From: Bacteroidaceae bacterium
Lineage (GTDB): Bacteria > Bacteroidota > Bacteroidia > Bacteroidales > Bacteroidaceae
Length of the DNA: 64,000 nt
NCBI GenBank assembly: GCA_017619335.1
Contig: JAFZSP010000078.1
Location: 26-64,025 of the forward strand
Direction of reading: 5' to 3'
Shown here: piece after piece, positions 9,283-16,718 of the stretch
Layout of the letters: every line of letters begins with the position of its first letter
How positions within the stretch are numbered: position 1 is the first letter of the stretch
The notes under the pieces: generated by a model
Databases searched by the model: none
The model's input: only the letters and a program-made list of their open reading frames with translations
Told to the model about the DNA's origin: nothing
Translations under genes and position numbers: made by a program

Positions 9283-9591
9283 TTACATAAACTCAAAGAT
9301 GTTGCTGAAACCTGTGATGGTAAAGATACCACGGACGGTATCGTTGATACCCTTGATATAGACATGTCCGCCTTTGGCCTGGGCGTTCTGCAGGATGCCA
9401 AGGAATATGCGCAGACCGGCTGAAGAGATATATGCCAGGTCTGTGCAATCGATGATAATGTCTTTACCCTCCACGTCGTTCAGTGGACTCATTGCCTTTT
9501 CAGTGTCTGCGGCAGCTGCGGTGTCGAGACTGCCCTCCAGAATGGCAACCATGTTGCCGTCGATTTCTTGAATCGTTGTTTTCATACTCAA
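9283..9591 (-). CDS. STAS-domain anti-sigma-factor antagonist (SpoIIAA/RsbV-like)
   Basis: 102 aa. The conserved phosphorylation-site context is DLAYISSAGLRIF. Confidence 0.85.
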   Translation of the reverse strand: MSMKTTIQEIDGNMVAILEGSLDTAAAADTEKAMSPLNDVEGKDIIIDCTDLAYISSAGLRIFLGILQNAQAKGGHVYIKGINDTVRGIFTITGFSNIFEFM

Positions 9592-9612
9592 TAATGAATG
9601 ATGAATTGTGAA

Positions 9613-11982
9613 TTATGAATTAAGGATTATTTTCTTCCTCAGTGTCAGCACATTGAGGTTGTCCATGCGCTCGTAGTTGATGGAGTCCATATTCTGTCGC
9701 ATGATGTGGATGCCCAAACCGCCGATGTTGCGCTGATTGGCAGAAAGCGTAGTATCGACTTCTGCCTGAACGGTGGGGTCGAAGGGTTTACCGCTGTCGA
9801 TAATGGTAAACTTCAGTCGCACATCATTCGAGGCTGCCTCTATGGTCACGTCACCATGCTGTCCAGGCGGGTAGGCGTATTTCATCACGTTGACCACAGC
9901 TTCCTCCACAGCCACTTTAACCTGCATGGTGACCAACTCTTCAAATCCCACGGTTTGGCAGACCTCTTCGACAAAGTCGTTCAGCCGTGGCACCTCTTGC
10001 AGGTCACAGGACAACACAAGGCTCTTGCGCATCCTGACATCACTCTGCTGCTTGATATACTGTATAGCCATCATGGTCAAATCATCGCTCTGTTCGGCAT
10101 CACCTACAAACTGATGGACGGCCTCGGTCATCCGTGCGATGAGTTGACGGGGCTCCTGTTGTTGCTGGGAGAGTGCCTGAGTAGCCACATCGTTGACGCG
10201 CTCCATCTGGAACAGTGCAGATTCGGCGTCCATAGCCTCGGTCAGTCCGTCTGTGAAGAGGAAGATGGTGGTGCCTGTGAAGATATGCGCCTCCTGCAAG
10301 GAATACTTCCACGTGGGCATAAAGCCAACGGGGATATTTGAATCGCAGGGCAGTTCGCCTACGCCTGCTCCGACGAGCAGCGGGGCATCGTGGCCGGCAT
10401 TGCAGTAGCGCAAACGTCCAGTTGGCAGGTCGAGCACACCGACAAAGAGAGTAACGAACATGTGGTTCTTGTTCATGTCGGCTATCGTCTTGTTCATGAT
10501 GGTCACAATACGGTCTGGCATCGACTCGTGGGCCGACACGGTTCGGAATGTTGAGCGGGTCACAGCCATGAAGAGCGAAGCGGGCACGCCCTTGCCCGAG
10601 ACGTCACCGATGCAGAAAAAGAGTTTCTCATCGCGGAAATAGAAGTCGAACAGGTCGCCGCCCACCTCCTTGGCTGGGGTCAGCGAGGCAAAGAGCTGCA
10701 CGTCGTCGCGGTCGTCCCGTGTTGGGAACTTTTCAGGCAGCATGCCCATCTGTATGGCGCTGGCAATGCGGAGGTCGCGTTCTATTGAAGCCTTCTGGGA
10801 GGTGGTGTTCTTCAGTTCTTCGATGTATTTTACCAGTGACTGCTGCATGTTCCCGAACGAGTGGCTTAACTGACCTATCTCATCGACACGCTGGAAGTCT
10901 GGCAACGGAGCGTCGAACTTTCCTGAGGCGATGGCCTCAGCCTCCTTAGCCAGTCGATGCAGAGGTTTCAACTCACGGGTGATGATGCGGATGAACAGGT
11001 AGAGCATCAGCAGCAGACCCACGGTGACGATGGTCATAATTGTGCGACGCAGACGGTCAAAGCCGCTGAAGATGTCGCTCTCTGGACAGACGATGGCCAT
11101 CGAGCAGCCTGTCTGGCCGAGGGGCTTGTAGAACACATAGCTGTCCTTGCTACCGATGTTCATGTGTTTCATGCCCTCCTCTCCATGCTGCATGGCATAG
11201 CCCAAAGCGGTCAGGGCCGTGTCGGGCTGCTCCAGCGTATGTGTGAAGATGGTCTGTCGGGTGATTTTCGTCGTGTCGGGATGTACGAAATAGGTGCCAC
11301 CACGACCTATCATGATGCTGTAGGAATTGGGATAGGGCTTCACGGCTGAGATCGTCTGCGAAAGCCAGTTCAGTGAGAGACTGATGTTAATGACACCTAT
11401 CAGCTGGCCCTGATTGTCCGTAAGGGTCTGACAGTAGCTGGTCACCATCTCGCTGGTGTTCGTTGCCACGTCAAGGTCCATATACGGTTCCGTCCAGCAT
11501 GGTTTTTCCAGTAGCTGGGGCATTAGATACCAGTCTGCAAAGAAATACTGGTAGCTATCGCTGCCGCCCTGTATGGTACGGATTGAGTCACCATCGTGTT
11601 TGGTATAGGCAGAGAAGTAGCGGCCCTTGTCCTTGAAGTAGTAAGGCTCAAAAGCGATGGAACAGTTGTAGAAGTCGGGATTATTCAGCAGCAAGCCCCG
11701 GCTATAGACGAACATGGAGTCGGCCTGTTCGGAATGTCGCAGCACGAGCCATTTGGTCATGTTCGAGGCAACCTCCACACGGTTCAGGATGCCCTCCACA
11801 CGCAGGGAGGTCTTGTCCAGAATTTGCGTGGCACGGCTGACAGCCTCCTGACGCACAGCCTCACGAGCCTGATAGAAAAGGAAGCCGAGGGCGACATTGA
11901 AGATGATGGCTGCAAAGAACACCACCCACAGGCTGACCCTGACGGATAGTTTATGACGGAAATATGCGATGATCTTTTTCAT
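9613..11982 (-). CDS. Membrane sensor: periplasmic Cache-like domain + HAMP + PP2C/SpoIIE phosphatase fused to RsbW/SpoIIAB-like HATPase kinase domain
   Basis: 789 aa with two TM segments flanking a ~270-aa extracytoplasmic region. PP2C motifs GGDLFDF, IGDVSGKG, LFTDGLTEA and DDLTMMAI. The C-terminal ~130 aa (VKVAVEEAVVNVMKYAY ... GGLGIHIMRQ) resembles an anti-sigma kinase. Confidence 0.8.
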   Translation of the reverse strand: MKKIIAYFRHKLSVRVSLWVVFFAAIIFNVALGFLFYQAREAVRQEAVSRATQILDKTSLRVEGILNRVEVASNMTKWLVLRHSEQADSMFVYSRGLLLNNPDFYNCSIAFEPYYFKDKGRYFSAYTKHDGDSIRTIQGGSDSYQYFFADWYLMPQLLEKPCWTEPYMDLDVATNTSEMVTSYCQTLTDNQGQLIGVINISLSLNWLSQTISAVKPYPNSYSIMIGRGGTYFVHPDTTKITRQTIFTHTLEQPDTALTALGYAMQHGEEGMKHMNIGSKDSYVFYKPLGQTGCSMAIVCPESDIFSGFDRLRRTIMTIVTVGLLLMLYLFIRIITRELKPLHRLAKEAEAIASGKFDAPLPDFQRVDEIGQLSHSFGNMQQSLVKYIEELKNTTSQKASIERDLRIASAIQMGMLPEKFPTRDDRDDVQLFASLTPAKEVGGDLFDFYFRDEKLFFCIGDVSGKGVPASLFMAVTRSTFRTVSAHESMPDRIVTIMNKTIADMNKNHMFVTLFVGVLDLPTGRLRYCNAGHDAPLLVGAGVGELPCDSNIPVGFMPTWKYSLQEAHIFTGTTIFLFTDGLTEAMDAESALFQMERVNDVATQALSQQQQEPRQLIARMTEAVHQFVGDAEQSDDLTMMAIQYIKQQSDVRMRKSLVLSCDLQEVPRLNDFVEEVCQTVGFEELVTMQVKVAVEEAVVNVMKYAYPPGQHGDVTIEAASNDVRLKFTIIDSGKPFDPTVQAEVDTTLSANQRNIGGLGIHIMRQNMDSINYERMDNLNVLTLRKKIILNS

Positions 11983-12015
11983 TTGATATTACGATATTAC
12001 GTTATAACTATAACG

Positions 12016-12966
12016 TCAATTCGACAACTCCTCATAGGTTATCTCGCGGCTCAGCATCTGGTTCTCCACCATCAGTCGGCTGGCCTGCCGTACCATATCG
12101 GGACGCAGCCGGAACTCTCGTTTCTTAGATTCACGGTCCACCTGCAGACGCAGCACCTCCTTGAGCATCAGCCGCTGCATCACACGGTTGGTGGCAATGT
12201 GGTTCTTATCGACATACTGCATCACGATGTCCAATGTCTCGTCGGGATGTTGGGCTGCCCACTCCCAGCCCTTGCGGCTGGCCTGAGCAAAACGGCGAGC
12301 CTGCTCCTTATGTTGGACATAATAGTCGCGGGTCATATATACACCATCCTCCTGCACATTGTAGCCGTGGTCGCAGAAGCGATAGACGTTCTTGTCGGTC
12401 ATCTGGATGCCCGCCTGCACCAACTGGTAGTACTCGTTGTAGCTCATGGCCAGCGTGGCGTCGAGGGCTCCGGCCACGAACAGGTTGACATTCTGGGCGA
12501 AGCGAATCCACTCATAGTCCAAATGGTCTTTGATGCTCATGCAGATGGCAAGCTGTCCAAAGCCCACGCTCCAGATACCCACCTTGGCTCCCTTTTGCAT
12601 CAGCGGGTCTTTTCCACGTGCCGAGACGATAACCATCGCATTGTTCATCGATGTCTGCAGGATGTTCACCAACGGTATGCCGCCATCCACAATCTCCAGT
12701 GCCTGACAGAGTTGGAGCGTCGTGGCCTGGCACTGGTTTTGGCTGAGTCGGCTTATGGCAGGCTGCGTGGCAGACGGGTGCTCGATGCGCACCTTCACCC
12801 CCGCCTCACGGTAAAAACCCTTCGCCTCGGCCACGTAGTAGCCCGCGAACTGGGCCTGCGCCGTCCACTGCGGCGTGAATACGATGGTCTCATCCTGCGC
12901 AGACAAAGTATGAGACGTCGCCACCATTGCAATGAATAAGAATAGGTAAACTTTGTGTTTCTTCAT
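12016..12966 (-). CDS. Periplasmic substrate-binding protein, NMT1/THI5-like (ABC-type SBP fold)
   Basis: Start placed at MKKHKVYLFLFIAMV (signal peptide). The size and sequence style fit the nitrate/sulfonate/bicarbonate-type SBP family. No permease or ATPase gene is adjacent. Confidence 0.6.
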   Translation of the reverse strand: MKKHKVYLFLFIAMVATSHTLSAQDETIVFTPQWTAQAQFAGYYVAEAKGFYREAGVKVRIEHPSATQPAISRLSQNQCQATTLQLCQALEIVDGGIPLVNILQTSMNNAMVIVSARGKDPLMQKGAKVGIWSVGFGQLAICMSIKDHLDYEWIRFAQNVNLFVAGALDATLAMSYNEYYQLVQAGIQMTDKNVYRFCDHGYNVQEDGVYMTRDYYVQHKEQARRFAQASRKGWEWAAQHPDETLDIVMQYVDKNHIATNRVMQRLMLKEVLRLQVDRESKKREFRLRPDMVRQASRLMVENQMLSREITYEELSN

Positions 12967-13040
12967 CTGTTCTTGTTGCAACGGCCTCCACTGCCTAATT
13001 CATGATTGATGGTAATTACAAATTTCTTGTCCAGGTTCAT
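12963..13040 (-). pseudogene. Duplicated 5' fragment of the cytidylate-kinase-like gene (25-codon leader ORF)
   Basis: My translation is MNLDKKFVITINHELGSGGRCNKNR*. The first 20 aa match the start of the gene at 4560, differing only at residue 13 (H versus R). Its TGA overlaps the ATG of the SBP gene (ATGA at 12963-12966). Confidence 0.8.
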
Positions 13041-13147
13041 ACTATTATTTATGTTAAATGAGTGAACGCGTAATGGCTTTGTTGTATTTATCTTCAAAAT
13101 ACGGCGCAAATATCGTAAAAAGGATTAAATGAGAAAAGGTTTTTCTG
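12994..13147. repeat. Direct repeat copy 2
   Basis: 13015..13147 is identical to 4535..4667. Confidence 0.9.
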
Positions 13148-13251
13148 TAAAAAATGAAAAGGAAGGGAGGAAAAGGGGGATTTTTAGGGAGAAAAGAGGG
13201 TTTTTCGGCAAAAAAGTGACGAAAGATTATCATACTTTATTGATTATTCTC

Positions 13252-13259
13252 TATCTTTG
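13252..13259 (+). promoter_or_regulatory. -7 promoter box TATCTTTG
   Basis: Matches TAnnTTTG. It lies 24 nt upstream of the ATG at 13283. Confidence 0.45.
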
Positions 13260-13282
13260 CCTTGTTTTAGAAAGGAATTAGC

Positions 13283-14550
13283 ATGAGAACACGTGAAGAA
13301 ATGGAAGCCAAAGGGTTGACGCCCGAGGAGACCAAGCACAGTGGACATCGCCGTGCGCGCTGGCATGACTATGCGCTGCCTGGGGTATATATGCTGACAT
13401 TGATTACCGATGGTCGTCAGCGTGTCTTTGGCGAGGTGGTGGGGCGTTCCCACGCTGCAAGGGGCACGGCGGACTATCCTCACCTGCAACCCTCGACGTT
13501 TGGGCAGAAAGTGCTGGAAGAGGAGGTGAAGAAGATTTCGAAGTACTATCCGATGGTGGAAGTATGGAAGGTGGTGCTGATGCCCGACCACATCCACCTG
13601 CTTGTCTGTGTCCGGGAGCCTCTGCCTGAGGGGAAGCACCTGGGGCTTGTGGTGAGCGGCTTCAAGGCGGGATGCTCGCAGGCGTGGTGGCGGTGGCAGG
13701 ACGAGCAGCGGGCAGGCCTCGGAAACGGAGGCGGAGGAAACGCCCTCGGGAGAACCCTCGGGAACGGTAACGGGGAGGGAAGAACCCTCGGGAACGGTAA
13801 TGGGAAGGGGAGAACCCTCGCGAACGGTCATGGGGAGGGGAGGACCCACGGGTACAGGGACGCAGGGAATCTCCCAAACGTGGTCACAGCTCCGGAAAGC
13901 GCCCCCCACCCTGTTCCAGTGCCCGAGGGTTCTCCCGAGGGTGAAAAAGAGCGCCGCCCGGTCCTGTTTGAACCCGGTTACCACGACCGCATCGTCCGAG
14001 ATGCAGAGATGCTCGGGAACATTCGCCGTTACATGGACGAGAACCCCTTTCGCGCCAAACTCCGCTCCGAAATCCCCCACCTGATGCAACGACGCCTGCA
14101 TCTCTGGATTCATGACCGCGAATATGCGGCCTTTGGGAACCTCTTCCTCCTGAAGAATCCCGAGCGGATCCAGGTCTTCTTTCATCGTAAGAACAAAGCT
14201 GGCATCCCCACGCACCTCACCCCGAATACGCCACGGATCGGGATCTCCTACTCAGACGCGCCGAAGAAGGAGCGGTGCTCGTAACGCCCGGCGTCTCCAA
14301 GGGTGAACTGGGTGTAGTCAAAGGTGCCCTGTCGCTCCATCTGCCACTCATCCTCCTTCAGAAAGAGCCCATCTCCGAATACTGGAAACCCGCCCAAAGC
14401 CGCTTCTACGCCTGTGCCGCCGGCCATCTTCTCATCCTCTCCCCTTGGCAGTTGGACGGTGATTCTGATTATGCCCGCTTCCATAACCTCAATGACCTGG
14501 CTCGCGACATCTGCCGCGCCACAGACACCCGACTATTAGGAATGCAGTAG
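13283..14550 (+). pseudogene. HUH/Y1 (IS200-like / REP-associated tyrosine transposase-like) gene with C-terminal extension, interrupted by a frameshift near 14206-14230
   Basis: HUH motif PDHIHLLV, Tyr motif GYHDRIV and YMDENP. The reading frame ends at 14284. A second frame is open from 14191 and continues naturally (EYATDRDLLLRRAEEGAVLVTPGVSKGE...) to 14550. C4 runs at 14206-14209 and 14220-14223 are candidate slip sites. Confidence 0.65.
13751..13850 (+). repeat. In-frame 30-bp tandem repeat (about 3.3 copies) inside the transposase-like gene
   Basis: The unit agaaccctcgggaacggtaacggggaggga encodes RTLGNGNGEG-type decapeptides. It lies between the HUH and Tyr motifs. Confidence 0.85.
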
Positions 14551-14594
14551 CCACTACCCCACTCTTCCGAACGTTTTGCGTATTTACACCACCA

Positions 14595-14769
14595 TTCACA
14601 GTTTCACAGTTTCACAGTACAAAAATCGAGCCCTCACCTCGCTCAACTCCTAAATTCTTTCTTGAATTTTTATATACATTTATATATATTAATAAATATT
14701 AACACTCCCTGTGCAGGTTTGGAGACCCCACCCCTCAAAAAACGAACTGTGAAACTGTGAAACTGTGAA
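14595..14769. repeat. 175-bp inverted-repeat element: 24-bp perfect terminal IRs, each (TTCACAGT)x3, around a 127-bp AT-rich core
   Basis: Left arm ttcacagtttcacagtttcacagt at 14595-14618. Right arm actgtgaaactgtgaaactgtgaa at 14746-14769, an exact reverse complement. Confidence 0.85.
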
Positions 14770-14825
14770 TACCCCCTGCGCGAGACCCTAAAACAACCAT
14801 TCGCAGCCATTTTCATTTCAGAGAC

Positions 14826-14920
14826 TTCACGAAAGCGTCATAGGGAATGGACGAAAGTGCAAGAGACAATGGACGAAAGTGCCAAAAGGGCTGGACGAAA
14901 GACGCGAAGACACTGGACGC
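14826..14920. repeat. 22-bp-period tandem array (core TGGACGAAAG)
   Basis: Core copies start at 14826, 14848, 14870 and 14892, with a partial copy at 14914. Spacing is exactly 22 bp. Confidence 0.8.
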
Positions 14921-14964
14921 TGTTGGCGATAAAACCAAAAGCAGGACTCCAGTCAGGAGGTTAA

Positions 14965-15069
14965 GCTCAAGTCGGAATGAGGAGGAGCGCAAGTCGAGAT
15001 GAGGAGGAGCGCAAGTCGGGATGAGGAGGAGCGCAAGTCGGGATGAGGAGGAGCGCAAGTCGGGATGAG
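14965..15069. repeat. 22-bp tandem repeat, about 4.8 copies (GCGCAAGTCGGGATGAGGAGGA)
   Basis: Units at 14965, 14987, 15009 and 15031, with a partial unit at 15053. The central copies are identical. Confidence 0.9.
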
Positions 15070-15168
15070 CTTAGGCGCATGAAGAAAATGACCTTGCAAA
15101 ATCACTTTGAAGGCAAAAAATGGTAGAGTGGGGGAGTTCTGTTCTATTTGCTCGAGATTTTCATACAG

Positions 15169-15208
15169 AAAAAAAAAGCCCAAAGTGCTTGCTGTGAGCA
15201 CCTTGGGC
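15169..15208 (-). terminator. Rho-independent terminator downstream of deoC
   Basis: The minus strand reads gcccaaggtgct-cacagca-agcactttgggc followed by T9 (plus-strand A-run 15169-15177). Confidence 0.75.
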
Positions 15209-15323
15209 AGATTATTCGTCTCTGAGAATCGCTTAAAAGTGGTCGCTCGGGCAGGAGGACGGGAATTTTCGAGGCTCAGAAGGGGAAAATGTAGCTTCGT
15301 TATCGATTCTTTAACAATTCATG

Positions 15324-16211
15324 TTAAAAGAACTTGGTCTCCTTGCCGAGGACTTCGGAGAGGAGGAGGTTGGCCAGACGGGATGTGCCGAGACGCAACC
15401 ACTCGTTGGTCAGCCATTGCTCGCCGAGCACTTCCTTCACGATGGTGTAATAGACGAGGGCATCGTGCACGGTGTTCAGACCACCGGCAGGCTTGAAGCC
15501 AATCTGGATGCCTGTCTGCTCATAGTACTCCTTGATGGCTTGGCACATCACGTAGGCAGCCTCGGGAGTGGCGGCAGGTTTCTCCTTGCCCGTGGAGGTC
15601 TTGATATAATCGGCACCTGCATACATCGCGAGGATGCTGGCGCGCTTGATGTCTGCACAAGAGGGTAGGAGACCGCTCTCCAGGATGACCTTCATCTTGC
15701 GGGTGCCACAGACAGCCTTCAATTCACCGATTTCATCACACACTGTCTCATAATCACCGCTCAAGTATTTCCCCACGCTCATGACGATATCTATCTCTGT
15801 GGCACCATCCTTAAGGGCCAGTGCTGTCTCTGCCACTTTAACCTCTAAAACGGCCTGTGAGCTCGGGAAACTACCGCTGACGCAGGCTATCTCCACGCCA
15901 TCGACTTCAAGGCTCTGAGAGACAATCTCGGCGAAACAGGGATATACACAGATGGTGGCCACGTGCGGCAGATCGGGATAAACGTGGAAGAACTTGTTGA
16001 CCTTCTCTGTGAAAGCCAGGACGCTCTCCTCGCTGTCGGTGGTCTTCAAGGTGGTGAGTTCCACGCTGCCCATCAAGAATTTCTTGACTGCAAGGGTGTC
16101 ATTCTCAGGCACTTTCTCTTCAATGATACGCTTCACGGCAGCTGCCACATCGGCATCGCTGATGTTCAGGTTGTACTTGGACAACGCTTGTTCGATTTTA
16201 CTTTGTTCCAT
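15324..16211 (-). CDS. deoC: Deoxyribose-phosphate aldolase (long form)
   Basis: 295 aa. Schiff-base lysine context ADYIKTSTGK. DeoC-like sequence throughout. Confidence 0.85.
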   Translation of the reverse strand: MEQSKIEQALSKYNLNISDADVAAAVKRIIEEKVPENDTLAVKKFLMGSVELTTLKTTDSEESVLAFTEKVNKFFHVYPDLPHVATICVYPCFAEIVSQSLEVDGVEIACVSGSFPSSQAVLEVKVAETALALKDGATEIDIVMSVGKYLSGDYETVCDEIGELKAVCGTRKMKVILESGLLPSCADIKRASILAMYAGADYIKTSTGKEKPAATPEAAYVMCQAIKEYYEQTGIQIGFKPAGGLNTVHDALVYYTIVKEVLGEQWLTNEWLRLGTSRLANLLLSEVLGKETKFF

Positions 16212-16241
16212 TGTTTACGTTTTAAATGAATTGTTTTACTA

Positions 16242-16718
16242 TTATTCCTTATTCTTTGTATCCATGATGATGGTCACGGGACCATCGTTGGTGAGGGACA
16301 CTTTCATGTCTGCTCCGAACTCTCCATGCCCGACAGGACGTCCGATGGCATCGCTAAGTCGCTGAACGAAAGCCTCATAGAGAGGAACACTGATGTCGTG
16401 GGTGGCTGCTCGCAGCCACGAGGGACGATTGCCTTTCTTATAGCTTGCGAAGAGCGTGAACTGACTGACTACGATGATGTTACCATCTGCGCCTTCATGC
16501 TCTCCTGCAATATCCAGGATGCTGCGGTTCATCACGCCGTTTTCATCGTCGAAGACGCGCAAAGCGGCCACTTTCCGGACCAGCCAATCTACGTCTTCGA
16601 TGGTATCTGTGCCTTCGATGCCGAGTAGCACAACGAAGCCAAGTCCCTGAAACTCAGCGTGTACCTGTCCATCGATAACGACGTTGGCACCTTTTGCTCT
16701 TTGAATTACTATTCTCAT
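16242..16718 (-). CDS. dtd: D-aminoacyl-tRNA deacylase
   Basis: MRIVIQRA..., SQFTL and the NDGPVT C-terminal motif. 158 aa. Confidence 0.9.
   Translation of the reverse strand: MRIVIQRAKGANVVIDGQVHAEFQGLGFVVLLGIEGTDTIEDVDWLVRKVAALRVFDDENGVMNRSILDIAGEHEGADGNIIVVSQFTLFASYKKGNRPSWLRAATHDISVPLYEAFVQRLSDAIGRPVGHGEFGADMKVSLTNDGPVTIIMDTKNKE

Noticed and set aside
4514-13147. Interpreting the repeat-flanked 8.4-kb block as a classical mobile element or genomic island
   Set aside because: No integrase, transposase, tRNA attachment site or conjugation/mobilisation genes lie inside the block, and its composition is not obviously foreign. The direct repeat is reported as a finding, but a mobile-element call is not supported.
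13244-14215. 323-aa minus-strand ORF across the transposase-like gene
   Set aside because: The plus-strand frame carries the HUH and Tyr motifs. The minus-strand product is Pro/Arg-rich low complexity created by the GC-rich repeat.
14826-15069. Possibility that the 22-bp arrays (also 47790-47915 and 57422-57527) are CRISPR arrays
   Set aside because: The repeats are directly abutting with no unique spacers, the units are too short, and no cas genes are present in the window.
14813-15201. ORFs 14813..15058 and 14953..15201 (minus) and 15107..15496 (plus) in the repeat-rich spacer
   Set aside because: Their repetitive peptide sequences (for example CAPPHxDLRSSSSRL repeats) are by-products of translating the 22-bp tandem arrays, and one runs through the deoC terminator.
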